Notes: generated by a model from the sequence alone, not told the origin. 64,000 nucleotides of DNA from Limisphaerales bacterium (GCA_044225505.1 JBGAIN010000005.1:1-64000); one strand, 5' to 3'. Numbered from the stretch's first letter, positions 29,610 to 39,968 are shown. Numbers and translations: made by a program.

Positions 29610-29624
29610 TTGGAATTATTCTAA
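29610..29624. promoter_or_regulatory. Fur/PerR/Irr-type operator palindrome
   Basis: TTGGAAT-T-ATTCTAA, a 7-1-7 inverted repeat with one mismatch, directly upstream of the -35 box. Confidence 0.6.
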
Positions 29625-29676
29625 TTATCTATCCCAGAGAGCACGGCGGCATGCCCTGGCAAGACGGATCGACCCA

Positions 29677-31626
29677 TCATTGACCTTCTAACTCTTCCGG
29701 CGTCGTTCCCCGGCAGAAAGTCGAATGATCAGTGGCCAATTCCGGACCCCGCTTCATCCAAACCAGAACGATCGACAGATCCGCTGGGGACACTCCCGAA
29801 ATGCGGGAAGCCTGCCCGAGCGTGGCCGGTCGCAGCTTGATCAGCTTCTGCCGAGCCTCCGTTCGCAGGCTGGGGATTCGGGTGTAGTCCAGCCATTCTG
29901 GAATTTGCTTCTCTTCCATGCTACGGAACTTGGCGATATCAATATCCTGTCGTGCGATATACCCAGCGTATTTGACTTCGATCTCGACCTGCTCGACGAC
30001 TTCCGAGGTCAGAGCAGGGGATGCACAAGCCAATTGATGGTAGGCCGTCTCTGGTCGTCGCAGTTGCTCAATCGCAGTCTCTCCATTCGTGCGCGTGGAT
30101 TGAAGCCGATGAATCTCAGCGGCGATTGCTGCCTGTTTCTGCAGGACCTTTTGATAACGTTCCGACGACAAGAGTCCCACCTCATGCCCAATCCCTGCAA
30201 GACGCAGATCGGCGTTATCTTGGCGCAGAGTGAGTCGATACTCCGCGCGTGAGGTAAACATGCGGTAGGGCTCGATTGTTCCTTTGGTCACGAGGTCATC
30301 GATCAACACTCCGATATACGCCTGGTCACGACGCAGGACAATCGGGGCCTTGTTCTGAGTCTGCCGTGCGGCATTGATGCCAGCGATCAGGCCTTGCGCA
30401 GCGGCTTCCTCATAGCCCGAAGTGCCGTTGATTTGTCCGGCCAAGAAGAGGCCGCGGCAGGACCTGGTTTCGAGTGAAGACTGGAGCTGTGTGGGAAAGG
30501 AAAAGTCGTATTCGACCGCATAGGCCGGCCGAAGGATGTCGGCGTTTTCACATCCAATGATGGTTCGAACCATGTCCACCTGGACAGAGTAGGGGAGGGA
30601 AGTCGAGAAGCCGTTGACGTAGATCTCTTCGGTCGCGATTCCTTCGGGCTCGAGAAAAATCTGGTGGCGCAGTTTCTCCGGGAACTTAACGATTTTATCT
30701 TCGATGGAAGGGCAATAGCGCGGACCGACCCCCTCAATCGCGCCCGAATACAGCGGGGAGAGGTGAAGGTTTTGGCGGATCACAGCGGCGGTCGCGTCCG
30801 TCGTGTAAGTGACGTAACAGGGCAATTGGCCTCCGTTCCGGTCCAGGATAGAGTGTGGTGGATACCGGTGCATGCCTGGGGTGGCGCTCGGGGCGGACCC
30901 AGTCGATTGTTCCACGTGGAACATTTCCTCCTTCCAATAGCTAAAGAACGGAATCGGCTCATCCCCGGGCTGCACCTCGGTCTTACCAAAATCGATCGAC
31001 CGCCGCAGGAGTCGGGGTGGGGTGCCTGTCTTCAGTCGCCCCAATTCCAGCCCCACCGCAGCCAGTGAAGCCGAAAGTCCCATCGCCGCGGCTTCCCCTG
31101 CCCGTCCGCCCGCTTGTTGATTCGTCCCGATATGGAGAAGGCCCCTGAGAAATGTGCCGGTGGTCACCACCACGGTCTTCCCGAGATATCGCACCCCCAA
31201 CGTGATCTCCACTCCCCGGATTTCTCCATTCTCATGCACCAACTGAGCGGCCTGCCCCTGCTTCAAGTCCAAACGTTCCTGTCGTTCGCAGACCCATTTC
31301 AACCAAAACTGATACGCCTTCTTATCGCACTGCGCCCGGGGAGCGCGCACGGACGGTCCCTTTTTTGTGTTCAACATTCGGAACTGCAGCCCGCTCATGT
31401 CTGTCGCCCGTCCCATCTCTCCACCGAGGGCATCGATCTCCCGAGCCAAATGCCCTTTGGCCAGGCCCCCGATCGCTGGGTTACAAGACATCTGCCCCAC
31501 TCCATCGAGGTTAATCGATAGGAGCAGCGTCTCGCATCCCATCCGGGCGGACGCCAGGGCCGCCTCGACCCCAGCGTGGCCGGCGCCGACCACGATCACG
31601 TCGTATTGCTTTGGATAAACGAACAT
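29677..31626 (-). CDS. mnmG: tRNA uridine 5-carboxymethylaminomethyl modification enzyme MnmG (GidA)
   Basis: VVGAGHAGVEAA, MSCNPAIGG, RLKTGTPPR, GPRYCPSIEDK, AGQINGTSGYEEAA, EPYRMFTSRAEYRL. Confidence 0.97.
   Translation of the reverse strand: MFVYPKQYDVIVVGAGHAGVEAALASARMGCETLLLSINLDGVGQMSCNPAIGGLAKGHLAREIDALGGEMGRATDMSGLQFRMLNTKKGPSVRAPRAQCDKKAYQFWLKWVCERQERLDLKQGQAAQLVHENGEIRGVEITLGVRYLGKTVVVTTGTFLRGLLHIGTNQQAGGRAGEAAAMGLSASLAAVGLELGRLKTGTPPRLLRRSIDFGKTEVQPGDEPIPFFSYWKEEMFHVEQSTGSAPSATPGMHRYPPHSILDRNGGQLPCYVTYTTDATAAVIRQNLHLSPLYSGAIEGVGPRYCPSIEDKIVKFPEKLRHQIFLEPEGIATEEIYVNGFSTSLPYSVQVDMVRTIIGCENADILRPAYAVEYDFSFPTQLQSSLETRSCRGLFLAGQINGTSGYEEAAAQGLIAGINAARQTQNKAPIVLRRDQAYIGVLIDDLVTKGTIEPYRMFTSRAEYRLTLRQDNADLRLAGIGHEVGLLSSERYQKVLQKQAAIAAEIHRLQSTRTNGETAIEQLRRPETAYHQLACASPALTSEVVEQVEIEVKYAGYIARQDIDIAKFRSMEEKQIPEWLDYTRIPSLRTEARQKLIKLRPATLGQASRISGVSPADLSIVLVWMKRGPELATDHSTFCRGTTPEELEGQ
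30908..30923. other. parS centromere-like site inside mnmG
   Basis: Perfect 16-bp palindrome TGTTCCACGTGGAACA matching the bacterial parS consensus TGTTNCACGTGAAACA family. Confidence 0.8.
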
Positions 31627-31630
31627 TCCT

Positions 31631-33229
31631 TTACCCTACTCGGTAAATGCCGTTCACAGGAGAACTTCCCGACTTCTTAGTCACGCCCCGGCCCGGATTT
31701 GCACTCAAATGCTCCAGAACATGAAACACGGATTCTGCCTCCTCGGGCGCACCTATGGCGTCGGCTAACCGGTCCACGGTCCATTCCTTCGCCGAATCCC
31801 GCCGCATCATCTCCATCACCTGGAGCTGCAACTTTAAATGGTCGGTCGCCGCTTTCTTCCCACCTTCCACTCCAGGCTGATGGTAGGCGTTGATCCCAAC
31901 CAAAGCGGCGTAAAGTCCCACCGCGCGCTCATAGAGCGCAATTAGCACGCCGACACTAAACGGAGTTACTTCTTGGATGGTCAAAGTAATTGATTCGCGA
32001 TCCTTCTCAAACAGCGCCCGTCGCGTTCCCAAAAGGAACCCATCCAAATAATCTCCGGACGTGACTCGAGGCTCGACGTAGAACGGCGTCTTTTCGCCAT
32101 CGCGCAGAACCCGGATCAACGTCACGAAGAAGTTGTTCACCCCGTCCCGCAGTTGTTGAACATACGCATGCTGATCCGTTGAGCCTTTGTTTCCGTAGAC
32201 CGCCAAACCCTGGTTGACCGTCGCTCCTTTTAGATCTTTCTCTTTACCCAACGATTCCATCACGAGTTGCTGGAGATATTTCGAGAACAGCTCTAACCGA
32301 TCTTTATAGGGGATGATCACCATATCCTTGAGCCCCTTCCCACCCGTGGCGGAATACCACATCAGGGCCAGAAGGGCTGCGGGATTCGCCTTCACTTCCA
32401 CCGACCGGGTCACTCGATCGCAGGCACGCGCACCGGCCAATATCTGATCGATATCGACCCCCTGCAATGCCGCCGGAACCAGCCCAACCGCGGAGGTTTC
32501 GCTCGTCCGCCCCCCTACCCAGTCCCACATCGGGAAACGAGCAAGCCAATTCTCTTTCACTGCCACCCCGTCCAGCTCGCTCTTCGCCCCGGTGATCGCG
32601 ACCGCGAACTCCGGGAAGGACAACCCTTGGGCCTCGTAAGCCGCCTTGGCAATCAGCATCCCGTTACGGGTCTCTTTCGTTCCACCCGACTTGGAGATCA
32701 CCACACAGAGTGTCGTCTTCAAGTCCGGACCAATGCTCGCCAAGACACGCGCCATGCCGTCCGGATCGGTGTTGTCGAAGAAAAACAGCTTCATGCGATC
32801 CCCTCCTGGTTGCCCGAGCGCATTCGCCACAAATTGAGGACCCAAGGCGGAACCTCCAATTCCAACGACGAGGACGTTGGCGAATTTCCCACCCCGTCCC
32901 TGGATGGCACCGGAGTGGATATCCGCAGCGAACTTCCGCGTCTGAGCGAGCATCCCCTCGATTGCCTGCCGGATCCCGGAGTCCGGAGCAAGCTCTGGGT
33001 TCCGAAGCCAGTAATGCCCCACCATCCGGTTTTCATCAGGATTCGCGATCGCTCCTTTCTCCAACTCCGACATTGCCTCAAATGCTTTCCCCACTGCCGG
33101 CGCCATCTTGGCAAAGAACTGTTCGCCGTCGAAGTTCATGCGGCTCAGATCCAGGCTTAGGCCCAGGTCAGGAAAAGAAAAGAAGTTCGCTTGAAAGCGG
33201 TCCCAGAGTTGTCGAGTGGACAATGTCAT
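31631..33229 (-). CDS. pgi: Glucose-6-phosphate isomerase
   Basis: [62 protein letters not shown]. Confidence 0.95.
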   Translation of the reverse strand: MTLSTRQLWDRFQANFFSFPDLGLSLDLSRMNFDGEQFFAKMAPAVGKAFEAMSELEKGAIANPDENRMVGHYWLRNPELAPDSGIRQAIEGMLAQTRKFAADIHSGAIQGRGGKFANVLVVGIGGSALGPQFVANALGQPGGDRMKLFFFDNTDPDGMARVLASIGPDLKTTLCVVISKSGGTKETRNGMLIAKAAYEAQGLSFPEFAVAITGAKSELDGVAVKENWLARFPMWDWVGGRTSETSAVGLVPAALQGVDIDQILAGARACDRVTRSVEVKANPAALLALMWYSATGGKGLKDMVIIPYKDRLELFSKYLQQLVMESLGKEKDLKGATVNQGLAVYGNKGSTDQHAYVQQLRDGVNNFFVTLIRVLRDGEKTPFYVEPRVTSGDYLDGFLLGTRRALFEKDRESITLTIQEVTPFSVGVLIALYERAVGLYAALVGINAYHQPGVEGGKKAATDHLKLQLQVMEMMRRDSAKEWTVDRLADAIGAPEEAESVFHVLEHLSANPGRGVTKKSGSSPVNGIYRVG

Positions 33230-33408
33230 ATTCAGACAAAGACGAATACAGGAATCCTCGCTATATAACAAGATTCCCGCGACGCTCCTTCCCCGCGGCG
33301 TCGGTGACAAAATGTCACCTGCGTCCGAGTCCTTTCGCCCTTCCCTCTCCCTCTCATGCGTTGGCAAAAGAGTCGACAGCCCCTTCGCTCCTTCATATCC
33401 TCGGAGCC

Positions 33409-34911
33409 ATGGCGGACGCGGTTAAAATCGAGCTACTACCGCTCGGCAAAGTCCTGGTCGTCGACCCCGGAACACCTCTGCAGGACGTGCTCTTCGATGA
33501 AGGGGTCGAGTTCCCTTGCGGCGGGAAAGGGCGTTGTAAAGGCTGCCGGATCCGAATCCTTTCCGACGCCCCGCACTGGACCGAGGATGAAGCCGCATTA
33601 CTGACACCCGAAGAACTGCGGAGTGGTTGGCGTTTAGCGTGCCGCTGCCAAGCGGACCGGCCCCTCCGCATCGACCTTGCCCAATGGGAAGGTTCCATTC
33701 TCGCGGGTGAAGGCGCGCTCAACCTAAAACCAGCCCAGGGACTGGGCGTTGCCATTGACCTGGGCACCACCACCCTGGTGGCCCAATTGCTGGATCTTCA
33801 CACCGGAAATGTCCTCGCTGTCCAAACCGCTTTCAACGCTCAAGCGGCCCATGGCGCGGACATCATGAGCCGGATCGATGTCGCAATCGCCGGTGGGGCG
33901 GCGAAGCTCACCACTCTCATCCGGCAACAATTGTCCTCGCTCATTCAGGCGCTCTTGCAGGAAAGCCAACGCAGCGCCGACGACTTGACGAACGTCGTTA
34001 TCGTCGGAAACACCGTGATGCACCACCTGTTTTGCGGGATCTCCGTAGAGCCTCTTTCCCACTACCCGTTTGAGCCGGCTGCTGATGGACTTCAACAGTT
34101 CACAGCATCCGACCTGGGTTGGCCTTTCCCAGCCACAATTCGATTCTTGCCCTGTCTGGGAGGATTCGTTGGCAGCGATATCCTGGCGGGAATCGTCGCC
34201 ACTGGGATGCATCAATACCCTGAACTCACAGCCTTGATCGATCTCGGAACGAACGGGGAAATTGTCGTCGGCCAACGCGGCCGTTTTCTTTGCGCTTCGG
34301 CCGCCGCTGGACCCGCTTTCGAAGGAGCGCGGATTTCCATGGGGATGCGAGCCGCCACCGGAGCGATCTCTGAAGCTGCCTGGAAAGATGGCCAATGGCA
34401 CTGCCGAGTTCTCGGCAACGTTCCGCCACGCGGCATCTGTGGGAGCGGGCTGGTCGACGCTGTAGCCGGCGCCTTGGACCTAGGCATGGTGCAACCGAGC
34501 GGAAAACTCACGGCGGGATCGACCTTGGCGCTAGCATCGCCCGTCGCGTTGAATCAGCGGGACATTCGAGAACTCCAACTCGCGAAGGGGGCGATTGCGG
34601 CTGCGATTCGAATTCTCCTCGAGAAATTGGGTGCCAGCTCCGATGACCTCACGCGAGTTTATCTCGCAGGTGCCTTTGGCAATTATATTAGCCGCGCGAG
34701 CGCCCGCCGTATCGGGCTGTTGCACTTCCCGTTGGAACGGGTGGAACCGGCAGGTAACACCGCGTTGCACGGGGCAAAACTGGCCTTGGTTAACTTACCC
34801 GAAAGCGACACCGCCAACGAACGCATTCGAGCAACGGTCGACCATCTCTCGCTGAGCGATAATGAGCGGTTCCAGGACATTTTCGTGGATGAGATGCAGT
34901 TCCCAAGCTGA
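33409..34911 (+). CDS. ASKHA-family ATPase with N-terminal 2Fe-2S domain (RACo/RamA-like corrinoid reactivation protein, DUF4445)
   Basis: [12 protein letters not shown]...RLAC ferredoxin; [58 protein letters not shown]; start at MADAVK. Confidence 0.88.
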   Translation: MADAVKIELLPLGKVLVVDPGTPLQDVLFDEGVEFPCGGKGRCKGCRIRILSDAPHWTEDEAALLTPEELRSGWRLACRCQADRPLRIDLAQWEGSILAGEGALNLKPAQGLGVAIDLGTTTLVAQLLDLHTGNVLAVQTAFNAQAAHGADIMSRIDVAIAGGAAKLTTLIRQQLSSLIQALLQESQRSADDLTNVVIVGNTVMHHLFCGISVEPLSHYPFEPAADGLQQFTASDLGWPFPATIRFLPCLGGFVGSDILAGIVATGMHQYPELTALIDLGTNGEIVVGQRGRFLCASAAAGPAFEGARISMGMRAATGAISEAAWKDGQWHCRVLGNVPPRGICGSGLVDAVAGALDLGMVQPSGKLTAGSTLALASPVALNQRDIRELQLAKGAIAAAIRILLEKLGASSDDLTRVYLAGAFGNYISRASARRIGLLHFPLERVEPAGNTALHGAKLALVNLPESDTANERIRATVDHLSLSDNERFQDIFVDEMQFPS

Positions 34912-34924
34912 GGCCAAGCCGCGG

Positions 34925-35794
34925 ATGGGGATGTTGGCCCTTAGCATTTCGCTCCTCGTTGGGGCTTGGGCCGGCCGCATTTCCGGGAGTCTGCAGCTCA
35001 TCGCCGCAGAAACAGTCCACCCTTCGCTCCGCCAGGACGCCACATTCTCGACAGCCGCGCCTTACGGATCAGCCACGGAGATGAAACGGCATCTAGGCTT
35101 TCGGTTGGAGGTTCCCGAGTACGACCTGGAGCAAGAGCGGTTTCGCGTCATAATTCCTGCAACCTATTCCACCAACGAGACTTGGGGGCTTCTGGCGTGG
35201 GCCAGTCCAAGCGATGAGCCGGGGATACCCGCCGCTTGGGAATCTGAGTTAGCCAGCCAGCGCTTGCTGGTAGTGAGTGCGTATGGCTCTGGCAATCAAA
35301 GACATGCGATACAGCGCGGTCGCCTTTTACTAGATGCCGTCTGCAATATGACAAGGCAGTATAAGATCGATCCCAAGCGGATCTATGTGGGCGGGTTGTC
35401 AGGCGGAGGCCGAATCGCCAGCATCATGGGCGTGGCTTACGCCGATCTTTTTTCGGGGACTCTTGCCATTTGCGGCGCTGACTTTTACCAGTCCGTCGCT
35501 TCGATCAACGGAGAGGTTTTTCCCGCAACCTATCAACCGACCCAAGCCGTCCTAGCTCGAGCCAAAGCGAATGGTCGGTTCGTTCTACTCACGGGCGAGA
35601 AAGATCCGAACCGCGACAACACCAAAACCCTCGCTGATCGAGGGTTTGCTCGTCAGGGCTTTCGATTCACTCTTTATGTGGAGGTCCCGGGGATGGGGCA
35701 CACTCTCCCCTCGCCTGCCGTCTTGCGTCAGGCGCTCAACTTCATCGAAAAGCCCAAACCCGCGACGCGCAGCGATCCAACGCCTCGTCCCTGA
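34925..35794 (+). CDS. Secreted alpha/beta-hydrolase (esterase/PHB-depolymerase-like)
   Basis: IDPKRIYVGGLSGGG nucleophile elbow, TGEKD, VPGMGH. Confidence 0.75.
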   Translation: MGMLALSISLLVGAWAGRISGSLQLIAAETVHPSLRQDATFSTAAPYGSATEMKRHLGFRLEVPEYDLEQERFRVIIPATYSTNETWGLLAWASPSDEPGIPAAWESELASQRLLVVSAYGSGNQRHAIQRGRLLLDAVCNMTRQYKIDPKRIYVGGLSGGGRIASIMGVAYADLFSGTLAICGADFYQSVASINGEVFPATYQPTQAVLARAKANGRFVLLTGEKDPNRDNTKTLADRGFARQGFRFTLYVEVPGMGHTLPSPAVLRQALNFIEKPKPATRSDPTPRP

Positions 35795-35800
35795 CAGTGG

Positions 35801-36640
35801 CTATTTGCGTCGTTTCTTGAGCAACGGCGTGAGATGCGCAATGGATCGAGCCGCCTGGTCGATTGTGCCGCATTCGACCGAAAGGACGAGATCGCGCGGA
35901 CACTTCCGGCAGATGGCGATAACCTTTTCCCAATCGATGACTCCGTCACCACAGGCGCAGCCGACCGGTGTGCCTGTCACATGCCCGCGCTGGTCTGACG
36001 ATTGTTGGACGGAGATATCCTTGGCATGGATGTGAACACAACGCTCGATGACTCGGGCCAGCCATTTGTAGGGATCATGCCCGCAGAGATAGCTATTTCC
36101 CGTATCGAAGTTGATGCCCAGGGCGGGACTGCGCACGAGCCGGTAGATTCGATCCAGGCCGTCAGGATGTTTGCTGTACTGTTGGTGAGGTTCCAAACCA
36201 AGCTGGATTCCGCGAGGCTCCGCCACTTTGACCGCTTCTTGGATGGTATAGCGCATCAAAATGAAATCTTCCGATTCACTGGTCCAGAGCTGTTTAGGAC
36301 CCTCATCCGTATTCACCACGGGAGCGCCACACTCCGCGGCGAACCGGACGGCCTGCTTTAAATATTCCACGCCAATCTCCGGTTTGCACAATGGCGTGTG
36401 CGCCGAGAGCCCGGACAACTTGATCCCGGCTTGAGCGCAAACCCGGCGCACGCGCAACGGGTCATCGAGCATCGAGACACTGTGGAAATAGCCTGCTTCG
36501 CTGAGCAGTTCCCGGCCCCAATGCACCATGGGTTCGACGTAAGCGTATCCCAATTCAGCCGCCTTGTGGACGCCCCATTCGAACGATTTATCGTCATGTC
36601 GAACGAACTCCATGTTAATGCCTAAAGAAATCTTGCTCAT
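35801..36640 (-). CDS. Sugar phosphate isomerase/epimerase (xylose-isomerase-like TIM barrel)
   Basis: LGLEPH, GINFDTGNSY, HIHAKD, GDGVIDW, LSVEC. Confidence 0.88.
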   Translation of the reverse strand: MSKISLGINMEFVRHDDKSFEWGVHKAAELGYAYVEPMVHWGRELLSEAGYFHSVSMLDDPLRVRRVCAQAGIKLSGLSAHTPLCKPEIGVEYLKQAVRFAAECGAPVVNTDEGPKQLWTSESEDFILMRYTIQEAVKVAEPRGIQLGLEPHQQYSKHPDGLDRIYRLVRSPALGINFDTGNSYLCGHDPYKWLARVIERCVHIHAKDISVQQSSDQRGHVTGTPVGCACGDGVIDWEKVIAICRKCPRDLVLSVECGTIDQAARSIAHLTPLLKKRRK

Positions 36641-36812
36641 AGAATGCGCCAGTTAAACGCCGTATCGATATTTGGCGATCCCGAGAGTTTAAGCTTGGGA
36701 ACGGCGTGCGCCATTGATCCACGTCAACCTGGGTGAGAACCGGTGGACGACCCGGACGACGGCACCGGTGCAGCCGCCTTTCGCAACGCCACAGGCTCTT
36801 CTTATATGTTTA

Positions 36813-36922
36813 ACACGGATTACCCATGGCTCATCCTCGGTTTTACCTCGGCCTTAATCCGTGTTATATCCCTGTTATTTCCCTGTTATCTCCGTGTTAT
36901 ATCCGTGTATTATACGGCACTC
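36813..36922. repeat. 11-nt-period tandem repeat tract
   Basis: Core 36857-36911: ATCCGTGTTAT ATCCCTGTTAT TTCCCTGTTAT CTCCGTGTTAT ATCCGTGTATT, with degenerate in-phase units on both sides. Confidence 0.8.
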
Positions 36923-37104
36923 GACCGAAGACCGTTGAAAAAAGACAGCGCAGCTGCGGTCCCCCAGGAGGCATCGGTCCAACCAGCGAAGGCGATGCGG
37001 CAGACAACTCGCCGCACACCGGTGTCCAGTGATTCCTGAGCGAAGACCTAGAAAAACAAACGGCGCCCGGAGCAACCGTTGCATTCCCATGGACGCGCTC
37101 CGCA

Positions 37105-37132
37105 TTGACCTGGGGGAGGCGTTTGCTACACT
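37105..37132 (+). promoter_or_regulatory. Sigma70 promoter of serA
   Basis: TTGACC, 16-nt spacer, extended -10 TGcTACACT. Confidence 0.55.
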
Positions 37133-37156
37133 CCGCACCCTGTTTTGCCGTATAAT

Positions 37157-38746
37157 ATGCACATCCTAGTCTGCGACCCGGTTTCGCCCAAAGGCATCGA
37201 GCTTCTCAAGCAACGCTCGGAATTTAAGGTGACAGTGCTGAAAGAGCGCCTACCGGAATCTAGTCTTCTTCCCATCGTCGGTGATGTGGACGCGATGGTG
37301 GTGCGATCCGAGACGAAGGTGACTCGCAAAGTGATTGAAGCAGCCCACCGTTTGCGCGTCGTGGGACGGGCCGGGGTGGGGGTAGATAATGTGGACGTCG
37401 AAGCGGCCACACAGCGGGGCATCGTGGTGATGAACACCCCGAGCGGCAATACGATCTCCACCGCGGAACTGACATTTTCCATGCTCATGGCATTGGCGCG
37501 CAAAATTCCGCAGGCGCACATGTCAATGAAGGCCGGCGAGTGGAATCGCAAAGCGTTTCAAGGCGTAGAATTGTATAATAAAACGCTGGGAGTCCTCGGC
37601 ATGGGACGAATCGGGACGGAAGTGGCCCGTCGCGCGATTGCCTTTGGGATGCGGGTGCTGGCGTATGATCCGTATCTGGCGTTGTCGCGGGCGAAAGCGC
37701 TGCAAGTGGAGCTCGTGGAGTTGGACGAGATTTATGCGCGGTCCGACTTCATCACCATTCACATGCCGATGACGGATGAAACGAAAGCGATGGTGAATGC
37801 CGCCGCTTTTGCCAAAATGAAAAAAGGAGTGCGTGTTCTCAACTGCGCGCGTGGGGGCATCATTCACGAAGGCGACCTCCAGGCCGCGATTCAGAGCGGG
37901 CAGGTTGCGGGTGCCGCCTTGGACGTGTATGAAACTGAGCCGTTGCCAGCCCAGGACGGGCTTCGGAACCTGGCGCAGGTGATTATGACGCCGCACTTGG
38001 GCGCGAGCACCGAGGAGGCGCAGGAAAATGTCGGGATTGAAGTGGCCGAAGCCATTACTGATTACCTGATCCACGGCACTGTTCGCAATGCGGTGAATTT
38101 GCCGAATCTCGATGCGAAGACTTACGGGATTGTGAAGCCCTACTTGAACCTGGGCGAAAAGCTCGGCCAGGTGCTCGCACAGATTGCGCCGAAGCGGAAT
38201 GATCGCCTGGTCGTTACCTACGGCGGGAAAGCCGCTGAACTCCCCGGAGACCCGATCACGCGATCGGTGCTGCGAGGCTTTCTTGCAGCCGCCGGTGGCA
38301 AAGAGGTAAACCAGGTCAACGTTCGGACCATGGCCCAATCGCTTGGGTTGCTCGTGGAGGAAATCCGGTCGAACGAAGAGACGGACTATAACGAATGGCT
38401 GCACGTAGCGGTCTATGCGGGCGACCACAAGCACTCGGCCGGGGGAACCTTTTTCGGAAAGCGGAACGAGCCGCGTATTGTGAGAATCAACAGCATGCCC
38501 GTGGAGGTGGTGCCCTCTGGAGTGCTCTTGATCCTCACGAACCGGGACCGTCCGGGCATGGTGGGGTATATTGGCGGACTGATTGGCAAGCACCATGTCA
38601 ATATTGCCAACATGAGTTTGAGCCGCGAAAAGGTTGGCGGGCAGGCGTTGATGGTGCTGAACTTGGATAGCGTCCCGCCGGCTGAGTTGCTGGACGAACT
38701 CCAGAAGGATGCCGACATCAGCAACGTGCGCGTAGCCAAGCTCTAA
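37157..38746 (+). CDS. serA: D-3-phosphoglycerate dehydrogenase (long form with ACT domain)
   Basis: GRAGVGVDNVD, GMGRIG, NCARGG, TPHLGASTEEAQ, C-terminal NRDRPGMVG ACT. Confidence 0.96.
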   Translation: MHILVCDPVSPKGIELLKQRSEFKVTVLKERLPESSLLPIVGDVDAMVVRSETKVTRKVIEAAHRLRVVGRAGVGVDNVDVEAATQRGIVVMNTPSGNTISTAELTFSMLMALARKIPQAHMSMKAGEWNRKAFQGVELYNKTLGVLGMGRIGTEVARRAIAFGMRVLAYDPYLALSRAKALQVELVELDEIYARSDFITIHMPMTDETKAMVNAAAFAKMKKGVRVLNCARGGIIHEGDLQAAIQSGQVAGAALDVYETEPLPAQDGLRNLAQVIMTPHLGASTEEAQENVGIEVAEAITDYLIHGTVRNAVNLPNLDAKTYGIVKPYLNLGEKLGQVLAQIAPKRNDRLVVTYGGKAAELPGDPITRSVLRGFLAAAGGKEVNQVNVRTMAQSLGLLVEEIRSNEETDYNEWLHVAVYAGDHKHSAGGTFFGKRNEPRIVRINSMPVEVVPSGVLLILTNRDRPGMVGYIGGLIGKHHVNIANMSLSREKVGGQALMVLNLDSVPPAELLDELQKDADISNVRVAKL

Positions 38747-38862
38747 CTGGAGCCAAGCTCCGCTGCGCGCGGGAGGCCCGCGCGTCAACCGTCCGGAATC
38801 CACCGCGCTACGCGGAGCGCCCTTGCGCTCTTGCGCTAGCTCGGAGATGATGAGGCACGACG

Positions 38863-39921
38863 ATGAATGGAAGAATTCGACTGTTATCTTTATTAACCCT
38901 CACGCTCGGCGTTTGGGCGGCCACGGCGGCACCGAATAAAGCCAACCTGTTTGACAAACCACGGGCCACGACCGGTCCTCTCTTTGGAGACAATATTGTC
39001 GCCAAGGGGAAGGGGATCGAAGTCAAGCAGAGCCAGGTCGATGAAATGTACCTGGCCTTTAAAGGGCATCGCGCTGCCATGGGCCAGGCCGTTCCGGATA
39101 ACCTCCGCCCGCAAATCGAGGCGGACATCATCGAAAAACTCATCGCCACCCAGCTCTTTCTAAGCCGAGCCACGGCCCAAGACAAAACCAAGGCCAAGGA
39201 AATCGCCGACGCGTTTCTGGCAGAACAGAAGAAACAAGTCGCGTCCGAAGAGAGCTTTCGGCGTCAGCTCCTCGCGGTCGGAATGAGCACTCAGGAATTC
39301 AGCAGTCAGATTCACGAGCAGGCGATCGTCAAAGCCGTGATTGATCGCGAGATCAAAGCACGCAAAGCCATCAGCGACGCCGAAGCCAAGAAGTTTTACG
39401 CTGACAACCCAGGGCTGTTTACGGAACCGGAGCTGGTTCGGGCCAGTCACATCCTCCTCTCCACACGGGATTCGGTTTCAGGGAAACCGCTCACCCCGGA
39501 AGCGAAGCTTGAGAAGAAGAAATTAGCCGAAAAAATCCTCGCGCGAGTCAAATCGGGTGAAGATTTTGCCAAGCTGGCTCGCGAATTCTCCAACGACGTA
39601 GGCTCCAAAGACCGGGGCGGCGAATACACCTTTGCGCGAGCCAAGGATGTTCCCGGACGCGCCATGGCCGCAGAATTCGAAGCGGCCGCATTTTCGATGA
39701 AGCCCAACCAGATTAGCGACCTTGTGGAGACGGGTTACGGCTTTCATATCATCAAGACACTGGAGAAGATTCCGGCGAAGAAGATCGATTACGCCAAGGT
39801 GGACTCGAAAATCAAAGAGAACCTGCTGCGCGAAGCCGTCGAGAAAGAGTTGCCCGACTACATCGCGAAAATGAAAAAAGAGGCCGGCGTCCAAATCCTT
39901 GCCTCCGACACCAACAAATAA
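38863..39921 (+). CDS. Parvulin-type peptidyl-prolyl isomerase (PrsA/SurA-like), exported
   Basis: Signal peptide; VRASHILL, GEDFAKLAREFS, EFEAAAF, VETGYGFHIIK. Confidence 0.9.
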   Translation: MNGRIRLLSLLTLTLGVWAATAAPNKANLFDKPRATTGPLFGDNIVAKGKGIEVKQSQVDEMYLAFKGHRAAMGQAVPDNLRPQIEADIIEKLIATQLFLSRATAQDKTKAKEIADAFLAEQKKQVASEESFRRQLLAVGMSTQEFSSQIHEQAIVKAVIDREIKARKAISDAEAKKFYADNPGLFTEPELVRASHILLSTRDSVSGKPLTPEAKLEKKKLAEKILARVKSGEDFAKLAREFSNDVGSKDRGGEYTFARAKDVPGRAMAAEFEAAAFSMKPNQISDLVETGYGFHIIKTLEKIPAKKIDYAKVDSKIKENLLREAVEKELPDYIAKMKKEAGVQILASDTNK

Positions 39922-39968
39922 ACGGATTCCCGCGTGACCGCGCGGATCCTTCGTGTCAGGTTCACCAA

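Noticed and set aside
32710..33408. 233-aa N-terminal extension of the ASKHA ORF in the ORF track
   Set aside because: It overlaps pgi on the opposite strand and is low-complexity R/S/P; the real domain starts at ATG 33409.
36857..36911. Possible CRISPR array or DnaA-box cluster (oriC)
   Set aside because: The units are 11 nt with no spacers and no cas genes, and they do not match TTATCCACA; kept only as a periodic repeat.
36743..37039. 98-aa ORF spanning the 11-nt repeats
   Set aside because: Its hydrophobic stretch is a by-product of the repeat tract; no other coding evidence.
38765..38785. GC hairpin CGCGCGGG-AGG-CCCGCGCG after serA
   Set aside because: There is no U-tract and the next gene is co-directional, so it is not called as a terminator.
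37523..38803. 426-aa minus-strand ORF
   Set aside because: Antisense shadow of serA, common in GC-rich DNA; no motifs.
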